64,000 nt of DNA from positions 22,816,001-22,880,000 of the forward strand of contig NC_086108.1 of assembly GCF_963921235.1 (NCBI RefSeq), given 5' to 3'. Shown here one piece after another: positions 12,975 to 25,000 of this stretch. How positions within the stretch are numbered: position 1 is the stretch's first letter; every line of letters starts with the position of its first letter. A model generated the notes under the pieces. It searched no databases. It saw nothing but the letters and a program-made list of their open reading frames with translations, and was not told the DNA's origin. A program made the translations under genes and the position numbers. This DNA is from Mobula hypostoma. Taxonomy: Eukaryota.

Positions 12975-13375
12975 ACCATAGAATAGGACAGTACAAGAAC
13001 AGTCACCCAAGCCCATAGCCTGTGATGACTAATTTAAACTGCACACCTCTCTGAACATGGGCTATATCCATCCATTCCTTCTGGCTCTTAAACATTACTA
13101 CTATATCTGCTTCCACCACTTCTCCTGGCACTTGATTGCAGACACCTACAACTCTCTTTATGGAGAACCTTGTCTTGTAAATCTTCCTTAAACTTTGCCC
13201 CACCCCCCTTCACCTTCACCTTCAAGCTATGCACTCTAGCATTTGACATTTTCATTCTGGGAAGAAGACTCTGATTAACTACCCTATTTATCCCTTTCAT
13301 AATTTTATAAACTTCCACCAGGCCATTTCTCAGCCAAAAGAAAACAACCCATGTTTATCCAATCTCTCCTTAATG
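12975..13375 (-). mobile_element. CR1 3' end fragment
   Basis: 'EVYKIMKGINRV...' and 'RVVGVCNQVPGEVVEAD...FK', both CR1 ORF2 C-terminal motifs. Confidence 0.8.
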
Positions 13376-13799
13376 CCCAGACTCATCTTGGGTTTTGGTG
13401 TATCCATCTTCACTCTGACACTTCATCTCATGGACCATTCTTTGTTTGTGAGACTAAGCAGTCAGCGACTTTGCAATGGGGACATTACAGAGAAACCTGA
13501 ACACACTTGAGCCATTGTTCACTTCCCAAGAAGGAGCCTGCCCGCTCCCTTAGTCTGTGACCAGGTGAGCCACAGATAGATGAATGATGATATTCCTTAC
13601 TGTCACACAAGGTGAGAGCTACTAAATCATGATAGTCAACAAGCATAGTGGATTTAGTTCTTGGTGATGGGGTTCAGCTCCCAGGGTCCATATCAAGTGG
13701 TGCCGACACAATATATGCTACGGTTTGAGCTGCAGTACAACTGCAGGCCAAGTGATCTCTAAGACCTCAGTGGTGCTGAAAGACAGGGCGGGGGCTCAG

Positions 13800-14092
13800 T
13801 CAGTTCTGGAAATCCATCCAGCACTGGGGACCCTCTGCATCCAGGATATGCCCTCTTCTCATCACTGCCATCAGGGAGAAGGTACAGGAGCTTGAAGAGA
13901 CGCACTCAACATTTTAGAAATGGTTGCTTTCCCTTCATCAGATTTCTGACCAGGCCATGAACCCATGGTTTACTTTCCCCCTTTTTTTGCACTGTTTATT
14001 TATTGTATATTTCTTATTGTAACAGTTGTTTTTTATATGTTGCACTGTACTGCTGTCACAAAACAACAAGTTTGACGACAAGTGTCAGTGAT
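13800..14092 (+). mobile_element. Rex1/Babar-like 3' end fragment
   Basis: 'ctcttctcatcactgccatcagggagaaggtacaggagcttgaag' (LFSSLPSGRRYRSL) matches the Rex1-like C-termini at 10308-10450 and 24560-24650; T-rich 3'UTR follows. Confidence 0.65.
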
Positions 14093-17000
14093 CATAAGAA
14101 CATAAGATATAGAAGCAGAATTGGGCCATTTGGCCCATCGAAGCTGCTCCGCCATTTCATCATAGCTGATCCATTTCCCTCTCAGCCCCAAACTCCTGCC
14201 TTCTCCCTGTATCCTCTCCTGCCCTGACTAATCAACAATCTATTAACCTCTGCCTTAACTATAACCAATGACTTGGCCTCCATAGCCACCTGTGGCAGCA
14301 AATTCCACTGTCACCACTTTCTGCCTAAAGAAATTCCTCCTCTTATCTGATCTAAATGGGTGCTCCTCTTTTCTGAGGCTGTGTCCTCTGGTCTTAGACT
14401 CACACACCATAGGAAATATACTGTCTATATCCACTGTATCAAGGCATTTTAATACTCAACAGGTTTCAAAGAGATCCATCCTCATTCTTCTGAATTCCAG
14501 TGAGTGCAGGCCCAAAACCATCAAATGCTCCTCGTGCGATAAGCCTTTCAATCACAGAATGATTTGTATGAGCCTCCTTTGAACCCTCTCCAACGTCAAC
14601 ACATTCTTTCTTAGATAAGGAGCCCAAAGCTGCTCATAATTCTCCAAGTGAGGCCTCACCAGTGCCTTATAATGCTCAGCATTAAATCCTTACTTTTATA
14701 TTCTAGTCCTCTGGAAGTCAGTGCTAACATTGTGTTTGCCTTCCTCATCACCGACTCGTCCTGCCACTTCTTTGCCCATTCTCCTAATCCATCTTGGTCC
14801 TTCTGTAGTCGCTCTTCTCCCTCAACACTACCTGTCCCTCCATCTATCTTCTCATCATCCACTAACTTGGCCACAAAGCCATCAATTCCATCATCAAAAT
14901 CATTGACATATAACATAAAAAGAAGCAGTCCCAACACAGACCCCTGTGGAACACCACTAGTCACTGGCAGTCAGTCAGAAAAGGCTCCCTTTATTCCCAC
15001 TCTTTGGCTCCTGCCAATTAGTTAATGCTCTATCTATGCTAGTATGTTTCCTGTAATACCATAGGGTCTTGTTAAGCAGCCTCATGTGTAACACCTTGTC
15101 AAAGGCCTTCAAAATCCAAGTTCACAACATCAACCAATTGTTCTTTGTCTATATTGCTTGTTATTCCTTCAAAGAATTTCAACAGATTTTCCAGGCAAGA
15201 TTTTCCCTTAAGGAGACCATGCTGACTGTGGCCTATTTTATTATATGCCTCCAAGTACCCCAAAACCCCATCCTCAACAATTGACTCCAACATCTTCCCA
15301 ACCACTGAGGTCAGACTAACTGGCCTATAAATTCCTTTCTTCAGCCTCTCTCTCTTTTTGGAGTGACATTTCAATTTTCCAGTCCTTCAGCACCATACCA
15401 TAATCTATTGATTCCTGGAAGATCATTACAAATGCCTCCATAATCTCTTCAGCCACCTCTTTCAGTGCCCTGGGATGTAGACCATCTGGTCCAGGTGATT
15501 TATCAGACCTTTCAATTTCCCCAGCACCTTCTCCAGAGTAATGGCAGCTTCATTCACTTCTGCCCCCGACACCCGAACTTTCAACATACTGCTTCCACAG
15601 AGAAGACTGATGCAAAATACATTCAGTTTGTCCACTATTTCCTTGTCCCTAATTACTACATCTCCAGCACCAACTTCCGGTGGTCCAATATCTACTCTCA
15701 CCTTTCTTTTACACTTCATATTTCTGAAGAAACTTTTGGTATCCTCTTTAATACTGGCTAGTTTACCTTTGTTTTCTATCTTTTCCTTCTTTATGACCTT
15801 TTTAGTTGCATTCTGTTGGTTTTTAAAAGCTTCACAATCCTCTAACTTCCCACTAATTTTTGCTCTGTATGTCCTCTCTTTGTTTTTATGTTGGTTTTGA
15901 CTTCTCTTGTCAGCTGCAGTTGCATCACCCTGCCTTTAGAATACCTCTTCTTCTTTGGAATGTATCTATTCTGTGCCTTCTGAATTGCTCCCAGAGTCAT
16001 TGCTGCTTTGCTGTTATCCCTTCCAATTAATTTTGGCCAGCTCCTCTCTCATGCCTGTGTAATTTCCTTTACTCCACTGTAATACTGATACATCTGACTT
16101 TAGCTTCTCCTTCTCAAATTGCTGGCTGATTTCTATCATATTATGATCACTGGGCCCTAAATGTTCCTTTACCTTAAGCTCTCTAATCAATTTTGGTCCA
16201 TTGCACAAGGCCTAATCCAGAATAGCAGACCCCTTGTGGGCTCAGCCAAGAGCTGTTCTAAAAAGCCATCTCACAGGCATTCTATAAATCCCCCCTCTTG
16301 GGATCCAGCACTAAACTAATTTTCCCAAACTACCTGCATATTGAAATCCCCCATGATTATTGTAAGATTGCCCTTTTGACATGCATTTTCTATCTCCCAT
16401 TGTAAATTGTAGACCATATCTTTGCTATTGTTCGGAGGTCTGTATATCACTCCCTTGTTTTTTAACCCTTGCAGTTACTCAGCTCTACCCACAAAGATTC
16501 AACACCTTCTGACCTTATTTCACATCTTTTTAATGATTTAATCTCATTTTTTCTGACAGATCCACCCCACCCCTTCTGCTTACCTGCCTGACTTTTTGAT
16601 ACAATATGTATCCTTGGACATTAAGCTCCTAGCTATAATTTTCTTTTAGCCACAACTCACTGATGCCCACAATGTCATACATGCCAATATGTAACTGTAA
16701 CTGTGCTACACGTTTATCTACTGAATTCCATATACTGTGTGCATTTAAATACAACACCTCCAGTCCTGTATTTGTCACCCTTTTTGATTTTGTCCCCTTT
16801 TTTCATTTGCAACTCATCCCATTGACTGCAATTTTGCCCAATCATCAGCTTCTATTTGCTAGCAGTCACCACACACTGCCGCTGTTTATAAACCAACTAC
16901 TTCATCCTCAGCACTATCACTCCAGTACCCATCCCCAGTCAGATTAATTTCAACCCTCCCAAACAGCTCTAGCAAATCTGCCCACAAGGATATTGGACCC

Positions 17001-17175
17001 CCTGGGTTCAGGTGTAACCTGTCCCTTTTGTACAGGTCATACCTTCCCCTGAAGGTATCCCAATGATCCAGAAATCTGAACCCCTGCTCCCTGCACCAGT
17101 TCCTCAGCCGTACATTCATCTTCCAAGTCATCCTATCCTTGCCCTCACTGGCGCACGGCACATCAGCAATCAGTG
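14093..17175 (-). mobile_element. CR1 LINE (end of ORF1, EN, RT, 3' tail), 5'-truncated with internal deletion
   Basis: 'DHWDTFRGRYDLYKRDRLHLN' (ORF1); 'EHLGPSDHNMI' (EN); 'YRPVSLTSVVGKMLES', 'TSGVPQGSVLG...VAKLVDD' (RT); tail cataagaacataagatatag at 14093. Confidence 0.9.
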
Positions 17176-17455
17176 AGATTTACAGGAAGAGGTTTGTTCC
17201 TGCCTGGCATTGCAGCCTGCTGCACCTCCAGCAATGCCCATAGGTCAGCTGTAGGCTCATCAGCCTGGGACCACATTGATGTTTCACTACTCTTTGGAGG
17301 TCCTGCTTCTGATGATTCTCATTCTGATATAGTTACAAAGAGCCAATTGAAGACATAGCAGGTAGGTCTGGTTGGCTTAGAACTGGTGCAGAGTTTTCAG
17401 AGACTGAGCTCCTTTGTTACATAGACTCAATGTACCAGCATTCTTGTCACGTAGC

Positions 17456-18146
17456 TGTAAGGGGTTTCTTTTTTCATGTTACTGCGTAGTCTAATTAAAA
17501 TGGCTTCTTTGTTATGTTAACTGCTGAGAAAGTCCTCCCGCTAGCAGTTTGTTTGGATTATGTTACTGATAAGAGGATGAACAAACCAACTGGGAGAGAT
17601 GTTATTCTTTCTGTGTGTCTGTAAGTTATTGTGATGCACAGATTTTGGGGCAGAAGGCGGGAGAGAGAGACAGAGGATGGACAAGGTGCTGTGAGTCTGC
17701 TAACGGGGTCGGACCCCACGCAGGAGTCCGAGGTCCAGGGTGTTCGGCGAGGAGAGGAGACGGAGACGGACTCGGGTGGAGCATCTGGTCGACCACCGTT
17801 GTTGGTCCCAGGCGGCAGGTCGAGGTGGTCCGAGGGGAGACGCAGGGTGAAGAAGGAGGGTCCTGAGCTCCAACTGTTTGTGCATGAAGAGATTGAACTT
17901 TGATAAGTGTAGTGCCTTTTATTTTCCTTTTATATTTTGTCTCTATTAATTATATAGTTCCAGTGATATCTATAAACTGTAATTCTTTAATCGTATCTGG
18001 TATACAGTATTTTCTGTTATTTGGGCGGGATGGGGTACATCACACAGCATCCGCACAAACTAATTACCCAGTTTGGCGGGGCCGACGGCTGTTTCCCTAG
18101 ACGACAGCGAGCTGAGCGACCCGGAGGCGTGCCAGGGGGAACTATA
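17456..18146. mobile_element. Solo LTR (691 bp), probably Gypsy-type
   Basis: Starts TGTAAG and ends ...ACTATA (TG...CA with one mismatch); flanked by a 4-bp direct repeat TAGC (17452-17455, 18147-18150); CpG-richer than flanks; no coding remnant. Confidence 0.7.
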
Positions 18147-18421
18147 TAGCCAACATTGGCCAACCCAGTTTCAGTGTTATTAATGGTTCTTCTGGCAAAC
18201 CGACTCCTACGGTTCATGCTTGAAGGATCCCTACACTGCAGCCTCCTTGAATCTATCCAGTATAACATTGCTTTGTTATATGTTTTACAGCCTAGCCTGC
18301 AGGGCTAATGAGCAGCCAAGCAGCAGTTGAACAGCACTGTTGGTCACCAACATGCCACTGACAGAGTACAAGTGAACGAGTGCCCTCAGACCCAAGTGCC
18401 TTCTTCGTCCAGTCAAGCATT

Positions 18422-18513
18422 AGCTCCAACCTGCTGATCCCCACCTTGTCGCCTGCCCTAACAACAGCTCCAACCTGCTGATCCCTGCCCTGTCACCTGC
18501 CCTAACAACAGCT
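18422..18513. repeat. 44-bp tandem duplication
   Basis: agctccaacctgctgatccc...cctgccctaacaac occurs at 18422 and 18466 with a few mismatches. Confidence 0.9.
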
Positions 18514-19139
18514 TGCACTTGTACAGTAAAATGTCCTAGGGCACCTTCCACGAGCATCAACTAGAAGTCCGAACAACATAAGCAAAGATTTTAATGCCAT
18601 CCATAAGGGAATCAGAGCTAATACCTGCTGTTAAACGTCCCACAGGCAACATGTTATGGATTCAGGAGAAATTCTCCGGCCACAGCCACTGTCAGCACTC
18701 TCTGTACTGGCACCAGCTTAGAATAAAGGGAAAATGGCCTTAGTTTGCACTCTGTGAATTGGCTTTTGATTGAGCAACACGATTCCTACATGTTTCCCAC
18801 CTGAAGTGACTTCCAGTGAAGCTCCTGCACTCGTGCGACTTTTAGTGAAACTCAAAGTGAAATGTGAGAAGCTTGCTGGCCAGTTGGCAAGGATTCTGCC
18901 ACTAAGTAGTTCAGTTATTGTGGCAAGGAGTTTGAGTGTTGTGATACTCTAGGGTTGCATTTGTGTTAATGGTAGTAGGTCTGCTCTTTGGGCAAGTTGT
19001 AGAGGCAGTCCTGGTTCTTGCAGCATTTATAGAATGGCAGGGCTGCCTTCAGTGTCCTGGCGACAGAATACATACACTTTCGACAGTTGGATGATTTCAT
19101 GACCCTCTCATATATCTTATTCAAATTAGATTCTTAAAG

Positions 19140-19715
19140 TCATCATAGCAGGCAGGAGTGGAAGAGGGTGTGCATGGAAGTGAGGATAAGCTCCAATTGC
19201 ATGCACCTCAATTAGCCTATGACAACAAGTCCACCTCCTGGCATTCACATATGGCTTAGTTACTAAGCCTGGCAGAACTATTTCTACTGACAGGAGGAGG
19301 GGCAAAAGCGGGTTACTGACACCTTATAATCAGTCACTTTGGGCAGATGGGGTTTGTCAGCCATGGTTGGCATCTCTCCTAGGAGAAGGAAAACTCTTAA
19401 CCTCAAATTTTTGCTGCCTTGTGGCTGTACCCACTCATGAGGAAGGTTTTAGGAGTAAACCCTCTCTGGAATTAGAACCCCTAAGGCAGTCCTCTGTTGA
19501 GTTCAACACTGTCTGGAAACTCCTGCAATACTGCTGGTGCCAAACCATGTCGGTCTCTGCTGTTCCTCTGGATTCATCAGCTGTGTGGACAGGGTGAGCC
19601 TGCTACACGGACAACAGCTTGCTCTCCGTACCGTACTGCCCTGGCTTGCATACTAGCTTGCTTATCACATGACAGTCCATGGTTGACCCTGACCAAAGGA
19701 GGGCCTTTGGGCCTT
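19140..19715 (+). mobile_element. Possible RTE-related non-coding element / 5'UTR remnant
   Basis: Motif 'ctaggagaaggaaaactc' and its context resemble RTE-type 5' regions as I recall them; there is no coding support. Confidence 0.35.
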
Positions 19716-19766
19716 GTAGAAATCTGAGAGTGATACAGCATTGAAACAAGCTGTTTAGTCCAACAA

Positions 19767-20003
19767 GTCCACACTGACTATCAGTCAGCTATCTCCACAA
19801 ATCCATACACTAATCCCACTTCTTACCTGGTAGGGAACCGTCGGTGATCAGGAGGGCCGAGGTTCCAGGACGAGGCTATCCCATTGCACTTCGGGTGTGC
19901 TGACGCCTGCCATATCCCCAAATGCGGGATATTCGACTGCATAATTTGTCCACACTGACTATCAGTCAGCTATCTCCACAAATCCATACACTAATCCCAC
20001 TTC
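19767..20003. repeat. Exact 56-bp direct repeat (target-site duplication) flanking the U1 copy
   Basis: gtccacactgactatcagtcagctatctccacaaatccatacactaatcccacttc is identical at 19767-19822 and 19948-20003. Confidence 0.95.
19822..19949 (+). pseudogene. RNU1: U1 snRNA retropseudogene, divergent variant, truncated at the Sm site (no stem-loop IV)
   Basis: CTTACCTGG 5' end, TGATCA SL1 loop (U1-70K site), ATTGCAC SL2 loop (U1A site), CCCCAAATG SL3, and 'tcgactgcataatttgt' leading into the Sm site, all collinear with vertebrate U1. Confidence 0.95.
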
Positions 20004-20399
20004 ATGCTCCACAAGAGCATGGAAACATACTGCCCACGTGGTGAGAGTCTGGAATTCTCCAGCAAGAGTTTTACAGAGGCTACATCATTGGGAGTATTAA
20101 ATGAGGTGGTCAATAAACTTTTGAAAGGTTTAGGGAACTTAAGAAGACTAAAACTGTGCCCAGTACTCCCAAGTGTGTGGTCTCAGCAACAGTCAGAACC
20201 ACTGCAACAAATATTCTGTTTCTAAACCTCGCCCCTTGCAGTAATGGCCCATATGCTGTTTGCCTCAGACACATAGAGTTATCCAGCACAGAAACAAACC
20301 CTACAGCTCAACTCATCTATGTCGATAAAGGTGCCTACCTTTTCTATCTATGTATCTGTCTAAACATCTTACTAATTACTTGCTATAGGTTTCTGCTGG

Positions 20400-21272
20400 A
20401 GTCAGAGTTATATAGCACAGAAACAGGGCCTTTAGCACAACTGGTTCATTCTCAAAAAGATTCCCATCTAAGCTGGTTGAATTTGCCTATGTTTGGATCT
20501 GCATTTAAAAGCAATTTAAAATTTGTTATTGTAGCTGCCTCAACTACTTCCTCTGGTGGTTATTTGAGATACCTACTGCAATTTGTTTATATAAGGCATT
20601 GATCAGACTGCAGTTGCAGTATTGCGAGCAGTTTTGGGTCCCTTATCTAAGAAAGGATATTTTGGCATTGGAGAGGGTCTAGAGGAGGTTCATGAGAATG
20701 ATCCCAGGAATGGAAGGGTTAATGTATGATGGGCAGTTGATGGCTCTGGGCCTGACTCGCTAGAGTTTAGAAGAATGGTGGGGTTGGGGGGGTGGGCTAT
20801 CTCATTCAAACCTACCAAATATTGAAACACCTGTATTGGGTGGATGTGGTGAGGGTGTTTCCTATTGTGGAAGAGTCTAGGACTCCAGAGGGCACAGCCT
20901 TAGAATAGAAGAACATCCCTTTAGAATAGAGATTAGGAGGAATTTCTTTAGCCAGAGGGTTGTGAATCTGTGGAATTCATTGCCATGGACAATTGTGGAG
21001 GCCAAGTCATTGGGTATGTTTGAAGCAAAGGTTGATAGGTTCTTGATTAGTCAGGCCATCAAAGGTTAGAGGGAGAATGGGGTTGACACAGCTAATAAAT
21101 CAGTCATGATGGAATGGCAGAGCTGACTGGATGGGCTGGATGGCCAAAGTCTGCTCCTGTTCTTACGGCCTTATGGCCTGTGGTCTTAAGTGTTGCCCTT
21201 CAAGTTCCTGTTAAATCTTTCCCTTCTCACTTTAAACCTATACCCTCCTGATCCCCCATCCCTTGGGAAAAG
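20400..21272 (-). mobile_element. CR1 3' tail fragment (minus), split by a plus-strand CR1 fragment
   Basis: Minus-strand tail sequence at 20400-20575 ('gcctcaactacttcctctggtgg') resumes at about 21190 ('ttgcccttcaagttcctgttaaatctttcccttctcac...ccttgggaaaag'), collinear with the copy at 31440-31730. Confidence 0.6.
20580..21190 (+). mobile_element. CR1 3' fragment (5'-truncated insertion)
   Basis: Aligns by eye with 8800-9340 ('ccttatctaagaaaggat', 'gagggcacagcct', 'aggaatttctttagccagagggt'); ends in a (cttatgg)-like tail. Confidence 0.85.
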
Positions 21273-21640
21273 CGTGGTGGAGCTCTGGGAACTGGCACAG
21301 CCAGAGGAGTTACAGTCTTGGGCGGATCAACCGTGATGGTATTGAATGGTGGGCCAGCTGACCCACTTCTGCTCCTGCGTGTTCTTGTGTGGAATGCTTC
21401 ACTTCATGGACTGGCAAGGTCTGAAATTATTCGATGTTGGAAGAGAATTGGATCCATTCTTCATGTGGAGTGGTGGGGAGGTACTGAATTTGTTGAGTTG
21501 AGCAGTCTCCAGAGCTGGCAACAGTTGCAGTGGCGTCAGAATATTGCTGCACAGTGAGTGTCAATATATAATTAGACTGGATCTTTACAGGAAGCATTGA
21601 AATGTAATGGACAATGGCATGTTGCTTTCAGCTTTCTTAG

Positions 21641-21851
21641 GACCCTGATAGTCGCCCATTATTTTGTATCATTCCATGACCTGCTCTTTGGGTGACTCCA
21701 TGGCCACAGGAAGAAGTTTGGATGTCTCTGCCTCCATTGCTCATTACAATCCGAGTGGAACTGGAGAAAGGCCCCATAAAATGCCAACATCAGCATTTCC
21801 TTCTCGTCTAAAGATACCTGGAAGATTTGGGTCATCTCTTGGTCCTTCCTG
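21641..21851 (+). other. Candidate exon of an unannotated transcript
   Basis: Acceptor ctttcagctttcttag| and donor TG|GTGAGT in sequence with no recognised repeat; open frame from ATG 21676 to the donor. Confidence 0.3.
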
Positions 21852-22059
21852 GTGAGTTTGCCAAAAGGATGGATAACTGCTGTCTGCCAAAGCAGTGGAG
21901 ACAATTCTGAGGAATAGGGATACTGGGGGCTGGTGGGGTTGTGGGGGAGTGGATGTTGCTGACAGGCAATGCTGAAGAGATGCTTTAATGAGCTCTTTCT
22001 CCAGTTGCAGTGGCCATAACAGCAGAGGGATTGTGCCAGCAACTTTTTAAGAAGTTGTT

Positions 22060-25000
22060 TCAGATTGGCTAAGTGTGTGGCAGCTCAGCCAATGGAATGA
22101 AGGTAGGGTAGAGTGGGCCAGTGGAAGAGTGCGAAGTTCAAGATTTGGTGAGGCAGTAAGCACGGGTAAGGTTTCCAGTTAATCTGTAACTTTTGACTTA
22201 GTGTAGATAAAATTCTGGTAAGGTCACTTTCTACAAGATGTGGGAAGTTATCGTACCTTTCAGTCTCCCTGATGCCTGCACCTGTGGGAAGTGCATCCTG
22301 CTGCAGAGCAGATTAAGGTACTGGAGGTGCAGGTAGATGTACTCAGAGTCATCCAGGAGGCTGAAAATACCATAGATGAAAGCTTTAGTGAGACGGTCAC
22401 ACCCTAGGCACAGACTACAAAAAAATGGACAGGTAACCTCCAGGAGAAGTACGGGGAGCAAGCCGACAGACCAATAATCCCCTGCAGCCATTTCCCTCAG
22501 TAACAGGTATACCTCTCTTGGATGGTGTTGGGGAATGACCTTTCAGAGGCTGGCAGCATTAGCTGGGTGAGTGGCACCGTGCCCGGCTCTGAGGCAAAGG
22601 AAGAATAAAGTCAGGCTGAATGATAGTGATTATCAACACAATAATAAGGGGTGCAAATAGGAGTTTCTGTGTCCACAGTTGAAACTTCAGAACTGTGTGT
22701 TGCCTTTCCTGGTGCCAGGGTCAAGGATGTTTTTTTGCGGTGTGTACGAGACATTCTGAGAGGGGAGGGTGAGCAGCCAGAGGTTGTGATCTATATTGGT
22801 ACCATGAGATAGGCAGGACCAGGGATGAGGTACTGCAAGGTGATTTTAAGGAGTTAGGTGAAAAGTTAAAGTGCATGACCTCCAGGGTTGTGATCTCAGG
22901 ATTACTACTCATACCTCGTGCTAGTGAGATGAGAAATAAGTACAAAGTGAAGTTCAATACATTGCAAAGGAATTGGTGCAGGAGGGAGGCTTCAGATTTA
23001 TGGATCACTGGGCTCTCTTCCAGGTCAGGTGGGAAGTGCACGAACAAAATGGCTTCCACCGGAACTGGAAGGGAGCCAGTATCTTTGCCGGGAGGTTTGC
23101 TAGTACTACTTGGAAGGGTTTAAACTGGAGTGGCTGGAAGGGGGAACCACAGCAGCAGGGCAATATGTGGTAGGGTTAAGAGCAAGAAAAATGGTAGGAC
23201 AAGTAAGGCTGAAAGGAAAGAGAGAAATGGACAGACAATAAATGTGGTGGAACTGATCAGTTGAAATTAGTTTATTTCAATGCTAGGAGTATTATGGGGA
23301 AGGAGGATGAAGTTAGAGCTTGGGTCAGCACATAGAATTACAATGTTGTCACATGAGGATTGGTACTGGCACCTCAATGTTGCTGTGTTTTGTTGATTTA
23401 ATGGTTATTGGGGAGGGTGGAAAAGAGGTGGAGGGGTTGCACTATTGATAAAGGAGAATGTCACAGAGGCCACTGTGTAGGCTCATCCAAAGAGATAATT
23501 TGGATCATGCTCCACAATAAGAAAGAAGCCATTATGTTGATGAGATTGTACTGCTGTCCCACTGCCAATAACCATCGAGAGATGGAGGAACAGGTATGTC
23601 GACAGATTATGGAAAGGTGCAGAAACAACAGGATGTTATAGGGTTGTCCCAGCATTGACTGAAATTCACTTTAATACAAGTTGCTTAGATATGAAACACT
23701 ATATGAAGAGTGCAACTAGAGGAGAATATGTACTGGACCTGGTCTTGGGAAATGAGTCAGGCCAGATGACAGATCCTATAGTGGGTGAGCAATTTGGGAA
23801 TAGTGACCACAGCTCATTAGTTTTAAGATTGTTATAAGTAATAATAAAATTGAATCTAGCAGGAAGGTACTAAATTGGGCAAGGGCAAATAATGATAGGA
23901 TAGTGACAGCAGCGGCTATCAGACAAGTTCATGTCTGACATGTGAGAATTGTTTAAAAACCAGCTGATCAGAGTTCAGGATCTGCACGTTCCGGTACCAA
24001 GGACAAGAATGGCAAGGGAACTGTGGATGACCTGAAGTCATAAATTTAATCAGAAAGAAAAAAGAAGCTTACGTAAGGTTTAGGAAGCTAAAATCAGACT
24101 TGGCCCTTGTAGAATATAAAAATAGCAGGTAAATGCTTAAGCAGGCAATTAGGAAGGACAAAAGGTCCATGCAATGTCCCTGGTGAGCAGGATCAAGGAG
24201 AAAACTAAGGCATTTGATGCTTCAAAGTTCAAAGTAAATTTATTAGCTAAGTACATATATGTCACCATATACAGCCCTGAGATTCATTTTGTTGCGGGCA
24301 TACTCAATAAATCCATAATAGAATCAATGACAGACTGCCCCAACTTGGGCATTTCAACCAAAAGACAATAAAGTCTGCAAATACTAAAAAGGAGGAAGCA
24401 ATAATAAGAAGAAATTAATAAGCAATAAATATCAAGAACATGAGATGAAGAGTCCCTGAAAATGAGTCCATAGATGTGGGAATATCTTAGTGATGGGCCA
24501 AGTGAAGTTGAGCGAAGTAATCCCCCTTGGCTCAAGAGGCTGATGGTTGAGAGGAAATAACTGTTCCTGAACCTGGTGGTATGAGGCCTGAGACTCCTGT
24601 ACTTTCATCCTGATGGCAGCAGTGAGAAGAGAGCATGTCCTGGGCAGTGGGTATCCCTGATGATTGATGCTGCTTTCCTGTGACAATGCTTTGTGTAGAT
24701 GTGCTCAATGGTGGGGAGGGCTTTACCTGTGATGGACTGGGTCGAATCCACTACGTATTGTATGATTTTCCATTCAAGAACGCTGGTGTTTCCACGCCGA
24801 TCAATACACATCTGTAGAGGTTTGTCAAAGTTTTAGATGTCATGCAGAATCTACACAGACTCCTAAAAAAGTAAACGTGCTACTGTGCTTTCTTTTAATT
24901 GCACTTACGTGCTGGCCCAGCACAGGTCCTCTGAAATAATAACGCCGCGGAATTTAAAGTTGTTGATCCTCTGATGAGGACTGATTCATTGACCTCTGGT

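Noticed and set aside
17173..17361. Coding exon (tttacag acceptor, CAG|GTAGGT donor)
   Set aside because: Stops occur in all three plus-strand frames before the donor and no homology is recognisable; at most a non-coding exon.
19822..19949. Functional U1 gene
   Set aside because: Lacks the first nucleotides, a complete Sm site and stem-loop IV; it is bounded by a TSD rather than recognisable PSE and 3' box elements.
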